Positions 1 through 13,204 of a stretch of DNA of 64,000 bases are shown here, piece by piece. Below the pieces are notes generated by a model that was not told the DNA's origin, did not search any database, and was given only the letters and a program-made list of their open reading frames with translations. The stretch's first letter is position 1. Each line of letters starts with the position of its first letter. The stretch comes from Eledone cirrhosa (lineage: Eukaryota): assembly GCA_964016885.1 (NCBI GenBank), contig OZ024750.1, forward strand, positions 28,520,001 through 28,584,000, given 5' to 3'. A program made the position numbers and the translations under genes.

Positions 1-1100
1 GAGGTAGTCCCACAGCAGTTATAAAGTTTGGCCCTTCAGTTTGGACCGAAGGGTTTACTGAAATTGTTTTCCGTAATTCTTTGTTGTCTGTGTTCATGTA
101 TGTGTATTGTAAGGTCTTTTTTTGTGTAGCAGTTAGTGTTGTGTGACAGGGAGGGGTGGTTTGTGTGTAGTTTGTGTTCTCTTGGGGGGGGGGGGGGTTA
201 AAGTTAACATGTGTGTCTGTGGTGCGTCTCCTCTTCTTTCTTTTTACTTGTTGGAAGGGATCTTTTTCGTCTTGCGACGAAAGAGGTTCGTCTTCCTTGT
301 TGGGTGGGAGGGGTATGTTTTCTGGTAGTGTTTGCGGTGTGCGTGTTTTTGTATTTGTTTTGGGTGGGGAGGGATTGGGTGGGACAGTATTCTGTGTTAT
401 TTTTTCACGTGTTTGTTGTTGTTGTTGTTGTGGTGGTGGTGGTGGTGGTGGGGTTGTTGGTTTTTGTTGTTGTTGTGGTTGTTTTTGTTGTTGTAGTTGG
501 GGTGGTGTTGGTGTTGGTAGCAGTGTTTTTTTCTGTGTGAGCTGGGGACAGGCAGCCCTCAGGTGACCTCTATTGCCACAGAGGTAACAGGATGGACGCC
601 TACCCTCCACAATAATGTTGAGGTGGGTACGGTCATCCAGCATGACGCGCTCAGGGATTTGGGCGATGCGTTCTGGCCTTATTTGGGTCAGAACTTCGAT
701 ACTCGTTCCACTGAACGCGTCGCCGGATGCCTTCCCTATTGAAATGAGGTTGTCCTCGTCTAAATTGAGGAAACCGGTTAGTAACCACCAGTAGTTTATG
801 TTTGGGGTGATGGTGGTTATCCATATCCTCTGGGTTTTTTTACCCATGTAGGTGGGGAAGAAGGTGTAGTGTGTGGACCGAATTGGCGACACAGAGTATT
901 TTTTTGCCGCCAATTCGTCTTTCATCAATATGGATAAACTCCCATAGAGTTTATCCTTTTGTATAAAAGTGATGTCTCTCATCGCGTCTTTCAAGACTAA
1001 CTGAATTTCCGCTTGAGATGGTTGCGCTGGTTTCTTTGTTTTATTTAAAATTGTTCGGAATACGACAGTTCGTAATTCCGTCTGTCTTTTTAGCTCCGGA
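1..1100 (-). pseudogene. Frameshifted ORF1 (gag-like) of a non-LTR retrotransposon, probably L1/Tx1 clade
   Basis: Minus-strand translation gives ...NIIVEGRRPS-CYLCGNRGHLRAAC-PQ, a CX2CX4HX4C zinc knuckle at 548-589. It is preceded by complex protein sequence (ELRTVVFRTILNK...PTYMGKK...) with frameshifts in A-runs and followed by a Q/P/T-rich linker. It runs off the window start and is cut upstream by the 1100-1970 repeat. Not in the ORF track. Confidence 0.75.
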
Positions 1101-1975
1101 GATAGACAGACAGAGAGATAGACAGACAGAGAGATAGACAGGCAGAGAGATAGACAGACAGAGAGATAGACAGGCAGAGAGATAGACAGACAGAGAGATA
1201 GACAGACAGAGAGATAGACAGACAGAGAGATAGACAGGCAGAGAGAGAGACAGACAGAGAGAGAGACAGACAGAGAGATAGACACACAGAGAGAGATAGA
1301 CAGACAGAGAGATAGACAGACGGAGGGATAGACAGACAGAGAGATAGACAGACAGAGAGATAGACAGACAGAGAGAGATAGACAGACAGAGAGATAGACA
1401 GGCAGAGAGATAGACAGACAGAGAGATAGACAGGCAGAGAGATAGACACACAGAGAGAGATAGACAGACAGAGAGATAGACAGACAGAGAGATAGACACA
1501 CAGAGAGAGATAGACAGACAGAGAGATAGACAGACAGAGAGATAGACAGACAGAGAGATAGACAGACAGAGAGATAGACAGGCAGAGAGAGATAGACAGA
1601 CAGAGAGATAGGCAGGCAGAGAGAGATAGACACACAGAGAGAGATAGACAGACAGAGAGATAGACAGACAGAGAGATAGACAGACAGAGAGATAGATAGA
1701 CAGAGAGATAGACAGACAGAAAGATAGACAGACAGAGAGAGATAGACAGACAGAGAGATAGACATGCAGAGAGATAGACAGAGAGAGAGATAGACAGACA
1801 GAGAGATAGACAGAGAGAGAGATAGACAGACAGAGAGATAGACAGAGAGAGAGATATACAGACAGAGAGATAGACAGGCAGAGAGATAGACAGACAGAGA
1901 GATAGACAGGCAGAGAGATAAACAGACAGAGAGATAGACAGGCAGAGAGATAGACAGACAGAGAGATAGACAGAT
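1099..1975. repeat. 16-bp (GAGATAGACAGACAGA)n minisatellite
   Basis: Direct inspection; accounts for ORFs 1041..2027 and 1090..1635. Confidence 0.95.
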
Positions 1976-2287
1976 AAGAAGGAGAGAAATTAATGCCCAA
2001 AGTAGCCAGCAATTGTGGTGACGTCAAAAATAATGCGTCAGAGAGTATTTCGCGTTTGTCATGACTCCTTAAAGTGAATTGAAAACGGAAAGACTAAAGT
2101 GTCGATTAAATACATTAGAATAAGTATATGGAATGGATCTACGTATGTTTCGACGATGACACACAGTCACACACACACACAAGACTGTTGCAGTTATTAT
2201 ACAAATATAACAGCCTGCTCATGAAATTAAGGTGTAATTGGCTGAGCATTCCCCAGACACATGTAATTTTATCGGCATTCTCAGGGA

Positions 2288-2396
2288 TATTTATGATGAC
2301 ACAGTGTGTGACAAGGCGGGCCCTTTGAACATTATATATATATATCTATATATATATAATGTTCAAAGGGCCCGCCTTGTCACACACTGTGTCATC

Positions 2397-2402
<6 letters not shown>
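2288..2402. repeat. Fold-back inverted repeat centred on a (TA)n tract
   Basis: tatttatgatgacacagtgtgtgacaaggcgggccctttgaacatta, then (TA)n, then its exact reverse complement. Confidence 0.9.
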
Positions 2403-2432
<30 letters not shown>

Positions 2433-2434
<2 letters not shown>

Positions 2435-2627
2435 CGAAGGAAGTGTGGTAAGGAACCAGATGGACCATAACGCGCCAGAGTACTAAATACTTAGGGTGGT
2501 AGAGTGGGTAATAGGAAAATGTAAATGTTTAACCCCGACGGCAGAGCTCAAGCCGTTTCGACGGCTATTTCTGGACAGAAATAGCCGTCGAAACGGCTTG
2601 AGCTCTGCCGTCGGGGTTAAACATTTT

Positions 2628-2630
<3 letters not shown>
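2433..2630 (-). mobile_element. Short (TA)n-flanked non-coding element, family B, with terminal hairpin
   Basis: Homologous to 5616-5810, 13812-13995 and 33160-33360. Palindrome 2523-2626 (ccccgacggcagagctcaagccgtttcgacggctatttct / reverse complement). Confidence 0.8.
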
Positions 2631-2665
<35 letters not shown>

Positions 2666-2711
2666 AAACGTAAACAGGAAAACAAGACAGTAAAACGATA
2701 CAGTACAATAA

Positions 2712-2775
<64 letters not shown>

Positions 2776-2980
2776 GGTAAACAGAAATAGCAACACAATC
2801 GGTACAGTATATGGAAGGAATATATTAGATTAACGCTTGAAATAGCAGGAAAAGGGTCTTAACGTTTGGGACGCTAGCCCTTCATCAGAAGAAAGAATAT
2901 ATATATATATATATTTATATGGGGTAACAAGTTATCGTTATAAGTAATCAAGTTAGAGGTTGTGAGTACTCTGTATTGTG

Positions 2981-3093
2981 GATATTCTGATGTGTTGAGC
3001 AGAGGTAAATAATGTAATGGAGATCGAGTGACGCAACTTCAAGCGATTAGCGACCTCTAGACTCACCTGATCAATGAAACAATTGTTAATAAC
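2981..3093 (+). ncRNA. Type I hammerhead ribozyme-like motif with long stem II (A9U variant)
   Basis: gatatt-CTGATGT-gttga...tcaat-GAAA-caattg (palindromic stem III)-TT-aataac. The core deviates at position 9. Confidence 0.5.
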
Positions 3094-3141
3094 TGAAATA
3101 AAGCCAACCATGTTACTCTTCATTATTTCACTATATATATA

Positions 3142-3330
3142 GGCGGTGGATTGGCAGTATCGGTAGAGAGTCGGACGCCATGCTTTCCAGCATAGTTACG
3201 TCCCTTTACGATCTGAGTTCAAATCCCGCCGAGGTTGACTTTGCCTTTCATCCTTACGGGGTCGATAAAATAAAGTACCAGTAATGCACTGAGTAATTGC
3301 TGGCCTTGTGCCTAAAGTAGAAACAATTAT
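3142..3330 (+). mobile_element. Full-length tRNA-derived SINE (octopus-type major family) with TSD
   Basis: GGCGG start, A-box-like TGGCAGTATCGG, B-box GAGTTCAAATCC, central GCCTTTCATCCTTACGGGGTCGATAAAATAAAGTACCAG domain, tail GAAACAATTATT. attatttcactatatata is present on both sides. Confidence 0.9.
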
Positions 3331-3499
3331 TTCACTATATATATATATATATATATATATAACGGCTGGTTTTGTAGAAAAAAGGCTTAACATTTCGGAC
3401 GTTAGTTCTTATTCAGAAGATAGAGTGTGAAATAAAAGAAGAAGTAGAAAGATAGAGGAGAATGATAAGTGGAAGGAACTAAATAAAACATATTTTCTC

Positions 3500-3640
3500 T
3501 AGTTTCTGTCTAACAGATTCCCTCCACAGGGTATTGGTCAACAAACGAAAGTTACAATAGAAAAGACCTGCCCAAGGTGCCGCGCAGTGGGACTGATCCC
3601 AGAACCAAGTGGCCGTGAAGCAGACAAATTAATCAGAGCT
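3500..3640 (-). mobile_element. Degenerate fragment of a second SINE family
   Basis: Reverse complement reads ...gggatcagtcccactgcgcggcaccttgggcaggtcttttcta..., a B-box remnant followed by an accttgggca motif recalled from octopus CORE-type SINEs. Confidence 0.5.
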
Positions 3641-4001
3641 GTAATGTAGGGATTAGGAATACTTTGATTAAATGGGATTATCCGTGCAAGCCCATGATAA
3701 AGGCTGTCTTTATGGATGTTTAAAACCCTGACAAACAATCTCACTTATTAAGACTCACCAAATAACAAGGATTTTAAACATTTGTAGATAATTACAATAA
3801 CATCGAATTACATAACATCGGATGTTTGTTTTCGATATTCTCTTTAACATTAGTTTTAACATATATACAGACAGACAGACAGACACATAGATTGACAGAC
3901 AAACAGACAAACATTCACTCACACACACATATATATATGTGTGCATAGCATAAGTGTGTGTGAGTGTTTATAATATATATATATTATAAACACTCACACA
4001 A

Positions 4002-4044
4002 AATAAAGGATTATGAGTTCATGCAATTGACTTATGTTTCGTCA

Positions 4045-4082
<38 letters not shown>

Positions 4083-4093
4083 CTTATGTTTCG

Positions 4094-4130
<37 letters not shown>

Positions 4131-4172
4131 TGACGAAACATAAGTCAATTGCATGAACTCATAATCCTTTAT
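4002..4172. repeat. Fold-back inverted repeat around (TA)n, containing the 3' half of an HHR
   Basis: aataaaggattatgagttcatgcaattgacttatgtttcgtcactct and its reverse complement, with a partial third copy at 4081-4098. The right arm has GAAA-cataag-TC at 4135-4146. Confidence 0.8.
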
Positions 4173-4174
4173 TT

Positions 4175-4230
4175 ACTGCTATATATATTTCGATGATAGC
4201 CATTGAATGGCTATGACCTCATCAGGCAGT
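4175..4230 (-). ncRNA. Minimal type I hammerhead ribozyme
   Basis: Minus strand: actgc-CTGATGA-ggtcatagcca ttcaa tggctatcatc-GAAA-tatata-TA-gcagt. Complete core, palindromic stem III, AUA cleavage triplet. Confidence 0.8.
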
Positions 4231-4299
4231 TAGTCAGTTCTTAGATATGCCAGCTCTGTGTTTATAGTGTTGATGGTATCAGAGCCTTGGGAGATATAT

Positions 4300-4440
4300 A
4301 TATATAAATATGGTTTTATAAATATAGTTTCCATTTATTAATATATTGTATTTTTACTCCAAAAATTTGTTGAGTGCTTTATATCAGTTATAAAAATATT
4401 TGCTTGTTGTATCCCAACAAATTAAATATAACTTCTACAT
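4300..4440 (+). mobile_element. 3' part of HHR-bearing family A element
   Basis: Shares aaatatggttttataaatatagtttccattt with 14120-14160 and 32246-32290. Its continuation matches the reverse complement of 51838-51950. Confidence 0.7.
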
Positions 4441-4495
4441 ATATATATATATATCGTTTCTGAATTTGTTTAGCAACATGACCCTCCCAAAGTAT

Positions 4496-4540
<45 letters not shown>

Positions 4541-4773
4541 ATTAAAATACTAGAGTGCGTTGGAGTTAAACACACTCGTCGTATAAGAGAAATGACAGTA
4601 AAGGTAGTTCAATGTAATTCAACAGAGCCGTAAAATTCTGAAAAATAAACAAAGAAGCCTTCAATACATCAAAAGTCTTTATTAGTCTTTTTTATAATAT
4701 ATATATATATATATATATATAAATATATTAAAATACAAATATTAATAAAATAGATGTTCTTTTGATCAATTAC

Positions 4774-4823
4774 ATTTTATACATATTTCAGATGTACAAC
4801 AGTACGTCCTCATCAGATAAAAT
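4774..4823 (-). ncRNA. Hammerhead ribozyme, possibly degenerate
   Basis: Minus strand: attttat-CTGATGA-ggacgtac tgtt gtacatct-GAAA-tatgt-ataaaat. The cleavage-site region looks 2 nt short relative to family A copies. Confidence 0.55.
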
Positions 4824-4879
4824 ATAATGATACATGACATACCCTGAGATGTTAAATAGTTAAGATTTAATCAAGGTAG

Positions 4880-4950
4880 TATATATATATGTGTGTTTGT
4901 GTATATATGTGTGTGTGTGTATATATATATATATACACATATATATATAT

Positions 4951-5017
<67 letters not shown>

Positions 5018-5616
5018 TATATACACACATATATATATATACATACACATATATATATATACATACACATATATATATATACATACACATATATATATAT
5101 ATACACACATATATATATATATACACACATATATATATATATACACACATATATATATATACATACACATATATATATATATATACACATATATATATAT
5201 ATACACACATATATATATATATACACACATATATATATATATACACATATATATATATACACACATATATATATATATATACACACATATATATATACAT
5301 ATATATATATACACACATATATATATATACACACACATATATATATATATACACACACATATATATATATATACACACACATATATATATATATACACAC
5401 ACATATATATATATATACACACACATATATATATATATATACACACACATATATATATATATACACACACATATATATATATACACAAACATATATATAT
5501 ATATACACACACATATATATATATATACACACACATATATATATATATACACACACATATATATATACACACACATATATATATATATACACACACACAT
5601 ATATATATATATATAT
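4880..5616. repeat. Compound (TA)n/(CA)n microsatellite
   Basis: Direct inspection. Confidence 0.95.
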
Positions 5617-5810
5617 AGGAAAAAGTATGACCCCGACGGCAGAGCTCAAGCCGTTTCGACGGCTATTTCAGTCCAGAAATACCCGTCGAAACGGCTTGAG
5701 CTCTGCCATCGGGGTCATACTTTTTCCTATTTCCCACTCTACTACCCTAAGTATTGAGTACTCCGGTGCGTTATGGTCCACCTGGTTCCTTACCACAATT
5801 CCTTTGTTTA
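5616..5810 (+). mobile_element. Family B (TA)n-flanked element with 5' hairpin
   Basis: Palindrome 5616-5730, then tail cccactctactaccctaagtattgagtactc...ttaccaca..., then (TA)n. Confidence 0.8.
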
Positions 5811-5828
5811 TATATATATATATATATA

Positions 5829-5905
5829 TATTGGGTCGTCAAGTATGAAATTTGCTTTTTTTTTTTTACAAACTTCTACAAATTTCTTACTTGACGACCC
5901 AATAT
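5829..5905. repeat. Imperfect hairpin between (TA)n tracts
   Basis: atattgggtcgtcaagtatgaaatttg / caaatttcttacttgacgacccaatat. Confidence 0.75.
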
Positions 5906-6040
5906 ATATATATACATATATATGTGTGTGTGTGTATACATATGCATGTATATATGTGTAAACTTATTCATACAGACACACACATGCGCATGTACATATA
6001 TATATATATATATATATATGCACATATATTATTTTACAAA

Positions 6041-6072
<32 letters not shown>

Positions 6073-6619
6073 CTCTACTTGTGTGTGGGAGGGGGTATGA
6101 GAGTGAGTGTGTCCGGGTATGAGAGTGAGTGTGTGCGTGTGTATGTGTGTATGAGAGTGAGTGTGTGTATGAGAGTGAGTGTGTGCGTGTGTGTGTGTGG
6201 ATGGGTATGAGAGTGAGTGTGTGCATGTGTATGTTGTGTATGAGAGTGTGGGAGAGTGAGAATGTGTGTATATGTGTGTATATATGTGTGTAAGTGCGTG
6301 TGAGGCGGGGTGAGATTTATTCAAACTCCACATAGGTTCCTATGCCAGAAACAACATGTGTAGAGTGATCGTGTTGTGTGGTCTGAAGGGTTTGGTCAGT
6401 CTGTAAATATAAGGAAGGTACCTATGGAAACAGAGAGGTTTGTTCACTGGAAGAAATTGTACAAGAATATGAGAAAGGAAAACAAGATCACTTCTTCCGT
6501 TTTCTGCTTGAATAATTCTTGCCATTTCTGCTGAGATATTACAAAGTCGCCACCATGTTTAAATGTGTATTCAGGCTCTCTCACACATACATCTCTACTG
6601 AGAATATCTCTCATTTAAT

Positions 6620-7396
6620 GGAAGGGGGGGGGTAGAGAGAGAGAATGTTGTAAGAGAGGGAGGATGGAGAGAGAAAGAGAGGGAGGGTTGTAAGAGAGGG
6701 AGGATGGAGAGAGAGTTGTAAGAGAGGGAGGATGGAGAGAGAGTTGTAAGAGAGGGAGGATGGAGAGAGGGTTGTAAGAGAGGGAGGATGGAGAGAGAAA
6801 GAGAGAGGGATGTAAGAGAGGGGTTTGGGAAAGAAGAGGAGAGTGAGAGAGATGGGTAGAGAAAGAGGGGAAGATGAGAGAGAGATGGGTAGAGAAAGAG
6901 GGGAAGGTGAGAGAGAGATGGGTAGAGAAAGAGGGGAAGGTGAGAGTGATGTGGGAGAGATAGATAGATAGATAGATGAGGGTGAGAGAGAGAAGAGGAG
7001 GGTGAGAGAGAGAAGAGGAGGGTGAGAGAGAGGAGGGTGAGAGAGAGGAGGGTGAGAGAGAGAAGAGGAGGGTGAGAGGGAGAAGAGGACGGTAGAGAAA
7101 GACGGGAAGGTGAGAGAGATATGTGGAAGAGAGAGATAGATAGATGGGGGTGAAAGAGAAGAGGGGGTGAGAGAGAGAAGAGGGGTGGGAGAGAGACGGG
7201 GTTAGAGAAAGAGGGGAAGGTGAGAGAGAGATGTGGGAGAGATAGATAGATAGATGGGGGTGAGAGAGAGAAGAGGAGGGTGGGAGAGAGAGGGGGTAGA
7301 GAAAGAGGGGAAGGTGAGAGAGAGATGTAGGAGAGAAAGAGAGCGGTAGAGATAGATAGATGGATGGATAGTGAGAGAGAGTGAGAGAGAGAGAGA
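6620..7396. repeat. Polypurine (GA-rich) degenerate minisatellite
   Basis: Direct inspection. Confidence 0.9.
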
Positions 7397-7778
7397 CCAT
7401 TCGTGGTCAATTGACTTACTAGAAATGACAGCTAAATCCATTTCCCCTCTCACCCAACTATCTTCATAAAAGGAACAGCACAATGCCTCAACCAAACAGA
7501 TATATCAGATGAAAGAATGGTAGTTAACTAATGTATTGGTAGGCGATGGGGCCCACCCACAGCCCCGGCGGACAGAATGGAGAAGGCGTTTCCCCGCAGG
7601 ACGGCAAGGGAGACGCGCTGGAAAAGCCACTCCAACTCGCGGGGATCTCACCTGCGGCTGGCCAGCTCAGCGCCTAATGTCAACGTCTGATACATTTTAT
7701 AGCAGAGATCAGCAAAATCGTTGAAATGGCCCACTTCTGACTACTGCCTATATATATCTGGTCATCTTTGTGTCTATG

Positions 7779-7813
<35 letters not shown>

Positions 7814-7857
7814 AATATAATATATTATCATATAATATCTATAATATATAATATATC

Positions 7858-7918
7858 TGTTCGGATCTAGCTAGCGAAACGGCCGGAGCTCAGCCGTCGG
7901 GGTCCTGATTCTTTTCAT
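7858..7918 (+). mobile_element. Fragment of a family B variant element
   Basis: gttcggatctagc...gaaacggccggagctcagccgtcggggtcctgattcttttcat matches 31755-31815 and 52210-52250. Confidence 0.65.
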
Positions 7919-7936
7919 ATATATGGCATATATATG

Positions 7937-7984
<48 letters not shown>

Positions 7985-8174
7985 TGTATATATATATATA
8001 TGGTGTATATATACATATATATATGGTATATATATATATATATATGGTATATATATATATATATGGTGTATATATACATATATAGTATATATATGGTATA
8101 TATATATATATATATATATATATGGTATATATATGGTATATATATACATATATATATATATGGTATATATTTGG

Positions 8175-8216
<42 letters not shown>

Positions 8217-8334
8217 GTATATATATACATATATATATATGGTATATATATGGTATATATATGGTATATATATATATATATATGGTATATATTTGGTATA
8301 TATATACATATATATATATATGGTATATATTTGG

Positions 8335-8373
<39 letters not shown>

Positions 8374-8472
8374 GGTATATATTTGGTATATACATATACA
8401 TATATATATATATATATATATGGTATATATTTGGTATATATATACATATATATATATATGGTATATATTTGG

Positions 8473-8519
<47 letters not shown>

Positions 8520-8545
8520 TATATATATACATATATATATATCCT
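7918..8545. repeat. (TA)n microsatellite punctuated by TGGTA motifs
   Basis: Direct inspection. Confidence 0.95.
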
Positions 8546-8819
8546 ACATATAAATATTTCAAAAAGATCTTTGGCACAGGGATAACCAGGATAGGTAAAA
8601 TATTCTCTCTCATATTTTCTCTATTGCTCTCCGTCTCTAATTAATTGTGTGAGTATATATTCACGTTCCTTGTATAAATGTATACTTGGTATGGTCCCCT
8701 AACTCCTGATACAGTTGTAGGGGCGTCCTATTGACATACAGTGTTTCTTGGGTATTTTAAAGCCTGGTGGAGCCCATCCTTCTCCAGGTCTCAGTACAGC
8801 AGATTTCTTCCAGAGAGAG

Positions 8820-9330
8820 AGAGGGGACGAATCGACCCCAGTACTAGACTGGTACATTTTTTTTTTTATCGACCTCGAAAGGTTGAAAGACAAAGTCGAC
8901 CTCGGCGGGATTTGAACTCAGAGAGCAGAGAACCCGAATGAATAACATAATTGTTTCTACTTTAGGCACAAGGCCAGCAATTACCCAGTACATTACTGGT
9001 ACTTTATTTTGTCGACCCCGTAAGGATGAAAGGCAAAGTTAACCTCGGCGGGATTTGAAATCAAGATGTAAAGATTACTACCAATCCCCCACCAATAATA
9101 ATAATAATAATTGTTTCTACTTTAGGCACAAGGCCAGCAATTAACCAGTACATTACTGGTACTTTATTTTATCGACCCCGTAAGGATGAAAGGCAAAGTT
9201 AACCTCGGCGGGATTAGAACTCAGACTGTAAAGGGACGTTACTATGCTAGACAGCATGGCGTCCAACCCTCTACCGATACTGCCAATTCACAATGCATTC
9301 TATCCGACATTCTAACGACTCTGCCAATAT
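8820..9330 (-). mobile_element. Cluster of three SINE copies (truncated to near-full)
   Basis: Repeated ttgtttctactttaggcacaaggccagcaatt...atcgaccccgtaaggatgaaaggcaaag...gggatttgaactcag. Confidence 0.9.
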
Positions 9331-10025
9331 GCCACATTATATATGTGTATATATACGTATATACTCTAAAGTCTAGGAAACGTGTCGTATGACAGACTGA
9401 CATTTCAAAGTATATATACGCATTAACTGAATTATTTATATATCTTGTTTAATTTTTGGTACATATTTTGACAGAAAAATTATCAAGATGAAATCAGGAG
9501 ATATCACAACAATGCAAACACACACAAAAAGGAAAAAAAAAACAAAACATTTAACGAACCATAAAAAACCGTTCTGCTAGAATTATGATCTTAACTTCAA
9601 TTATTACTGCTACAGTAATTTTTTTACAGATACGATTTTCATTATAGAGATAGCGATAAGGGGACCATAAGATCTGGCAGGCGGTAGGGATCCTACTTAC
9701 TGTCCAGATGTTTTGCCATTCCAACTGCTGTGGTTGATTTTTAAAGTTTTCATCGCTTCATAAAATACTGCTCAATGAGATAGAAAGTTAGTATAATACA
9801 TGGTCCATTATGTCGTTAAAACATACACACATCCCTCTCTTCTTTCAAAGTTGATCTTGTGTGCCATCACATGCTATTTTTTTTTTAAAGATAGTAATAG
9901 TAATAATAAAAAGGCTTATAGAAAATAAATTAAGATATTTGTGATAACGACGACGATCACAATGCTGTCTTTATTACACTGGCACATGGACAGAAAGGAT
10001 AGTAACAACAACAACAACAACAGAA

Positions 10026-12000
10026 ATAATTGTTTCTACTTTAGGCACAAGGCCAGCAAATACCCAGTGCATTACTGGTACTTTATTTTATCGACCCCGT
10101 AAGGATGAAAGGCAAAGTCAACTTCGGCGGGATTTGAACTCAGGTCGTAAAGGGACGTAACTCTGCTGGAAAACATGGCGTCCGACCCTCTACCGATACT
10201 GCCATGCGTCACAGAATTCCAGGATTCTGGAGCCTTCCTCATTTCTAGTACCAAACCCATAGCCTCCATGGATTTCATCATAGCCGTCACAATGTTGTCC
10301 AACGTGACCATTTAGGTCGCCAGCAATAATTATATAGTCACAATGATGGTTTCAGGTTTAGGCACAAGGCTTTCAATTTTGGGGGAAGGAAAGTCGATTA
10401 AATCGACCCCAGTGCGTTACTGGTACTATATTTTATCGACCCCGTAAGGATGAAAAGCATTGAAAAGATAACATTATTTTTGACTTAGACACAAAGCCAA
10501 CAATTTTGAGGAAGGGAAAGTCAATTAAATTGACCTCAGTGCATTACTGGTATTTTATTTTGTCGACCCCGTAAGGATGAAAGGCAAAGTTAACCTCGGC
10601 GGGATTTGAAATCAAGATGTAAAGATTACTACCAATCCCCCACCAATAATAATAATAATAATTGTTTCTGCTTTTGGCACAAGGCCAGCAATTACCCAGT
10701 ACATTACTGGTACTTTATTTTATCGACCCCGTAAGGATGAAAGGCAAAGTTAACCTCGGAGGAATAAAAATAATAATAATAATTGTTTCTATATTTGTTA
10801 CAAAGCCAGCAATTTGCAGGGAGGGGAAAAGTCTATTAAATCAACCCCAGTGCGTGACTGGTACTTTGTTTTATCGACCCCGTAAGGATGAAAGACAAAG
10901 CTAGCCTCGGCGGGATTTGAACTCAGGGCGTAAAGGGCCATAACTCTATGCCGCAAAGCATGTTGACCGACGCTCTACCGATTCTGCCAATCCACTGCCC
11001 TAAATAATTGTTTCTACTTTAGGCACAAGGCCAGCAATTATACCAGTGCATTACTGGTACTTTATTTTATCGACCCCGTAAGGATGAAAGGCAAAGTCAA
11101 CCTCGACGGGATTTGAACTCAGATCGTAAAGGGACGTAACTATGCTGGAAAGCATGGCGTCCGACCCTCTACCGATACTGCCAAAATAATTGTTTCTACT
11201 TTTGGCACAAGGCCAGCAATTAACCAGTGCATTACTGGTACTTTATTTCATCGACCCCGTGAGGATGAAAGACAAAGTTAACCTCGGCGGGATTTGTACT
11301 CAGAATGGCAAGGGACGTAACTCTATGCGTCAAAGCATGGCGTCCGACTCTCTACCGATACTGCCAAAATAATGATTCTGATTTAGACCCAAGGCTATCA
11401 ATTTTAGGGGAGGGGATAGTCGATTAAATCGACCCCAGTACATTACTGGTGCTTTATTTTATCAACCTCGTAAGGATGAAAGGCAAAGTTAACCCCGGCG
11501 GGTGGGATTTGAACTCATAGCGTAAAGGGCCGTACGTATGCCGCTAAGTATGTTGTAACAATAATTGCTTCTACTTTAGGCACAAGGTCAGTAATTTGCA
11601 GAGGTTGGGGGGGGGGGGGGGGGTAATTCGATTAAATCGATCCCAGTGCGTGACTGATACTTTATTTTATCGACCCTGTAAGGATGAAAGGCAAAGCTAA
11701 CCTCGGTGGGATTTGAGCTGAGAATGTAATAGGCCGCAACGCTATGCCATGAAGCAGGGTGTCCGACGCTCTACCGATACTGCCAATCCACCATCTGTTG
11801 TAACAATAATACATGTTTCTACGTTTGGCACAAGGCCAGCAATTACACAGTGCATTACTGGTACTTTATTTTATCGACCCCGTAAGGATGAAAGGCAAAG
11901 TGAACCTCGGCGGAATTTGAACTCAGAATGGCAGGGGCCGTAACTCTATACGTCAAAGCATGGCGGCCGACCCTCTACCGATACTGCCAATCCACCGCCC
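10026..12000 (-). mobile_element. Large co-oriented SINE cluster (about 10 copies and fragments, two subfamilies)
   Basis: Same SINE motifs throughout. One subtype carries an extra ggggaaag(t)cgattaaatcgacc segment. Confidence 0.9.
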
Positions 12001-12414
12001 TTGTAACAATCTGTTGTAACAATAATACATGTTTCTTAATTAGGACTAGAGCCACATTAGTGGTATAGTATAGAGATAAGGTATAGAGATGAGAATGTGT
12101 TTGATGTAATTACTTACAGCCATGTTTATTGTTGTTTTGTTTTATTTTATTTTAAGAGTATAAAACTATTTAAAATAAGAGACTTGGTGAAGATAAGTTA
12201 TTTCCCTCCTAAACTCCTAAACACCAAAACAACAATAACAATAACAATAATAACAAAGATATATCAATTAATCAAAATGGCATACTTTTCTAAGTGGGAG
12301 GGGGGGGGGGATTGGGTGGAGGGAGAAGATACATGTTGTAGATACATTTCCTCGAAATGGGAAATTTCTAAAACTTATAACGTTAACAAAAGCCTTACAG
12401 ATTCAATGATTAAA

Positions 12415-13130
12415 CACCACCACTACATCCACCACCACTACATCCACCACCACTAGCACCACTACTTACACCACTACCTCCACCCCCACTACTACCACCA
12501 TTACTAGCACCACTACCTCCACTACCACTACTAGCACCACTACTACTACCACTACTAGCACCACTACCTCCACTACTACCACCATTACTAGCACCACTAC
12601 CTCCACCACCACTACTAGCACCACCACTACCTCCACTACTATCCCCACTACCTGCACCACCACTATCTCCACCACTACTTTCACCACCACTACCTCCACC
12701 CCCACTACTACCACCATTACTAGCACCACTTCCTCCACCACCACCACCACCACCACTACTAGCACCACTACCATCACTACCTCCACCACCACAACCTCCA
12801 CCCCCACTACTACCCCCACTACCTGCACCACTACTACTTTCACCACCACTACCTCCACCACCACTACTACTAGCAACGCCACCTCCACCACTAATATCAC
12901 CACCACCACTACTGGCACCACTATCTCCACCACCATAACCAACAGCACCAACAGTATTAGCAACGCCGACATCACCTCTACAAGCACCGTCACCACCACC
13001 TCTACTAATAACGCCACCACCACCTCTACTAATAACGCCACCACCACCTCTACTACCACCGCCACCACCACCTCTACTAATAACGCCACCACCACCTCTA
13101 CTACCACCGCCACCACCACCTCCACCATTA
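12415..13130. repeat. (CAC/TAC)n degenerate trinucleotide repeat
   Basis: Direct inspection. Confidence 0.9.
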
Positions 13131-13204
13131 TTGGTTAATCATTGGAAAAAATATCTATAAAAAAGACGTGATGCATGTCAGAGTTTTTGTGAAGTGATGG
13201 AAGT

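Noticed and set aside
2845-2895. Hammerhead on the minus strand (CTGATGA-aggg...ccc-AAAC); similar relic at 3385-3420
   Set aside because: G12 is missing here, and the core reads CTGAATA in the 3385 relic; stem I is weak. Probably decayed HHRs, so not counted.
3142-3235. tRNA gene
   Set aside because: The A and B boxes belong to SINE heads; no complete cloverleaf.
10205-10320. ORF 10072..10311 unique portion
   Set aside because: Too short to assign and reads into a SINE; possibly a LINE scrap.
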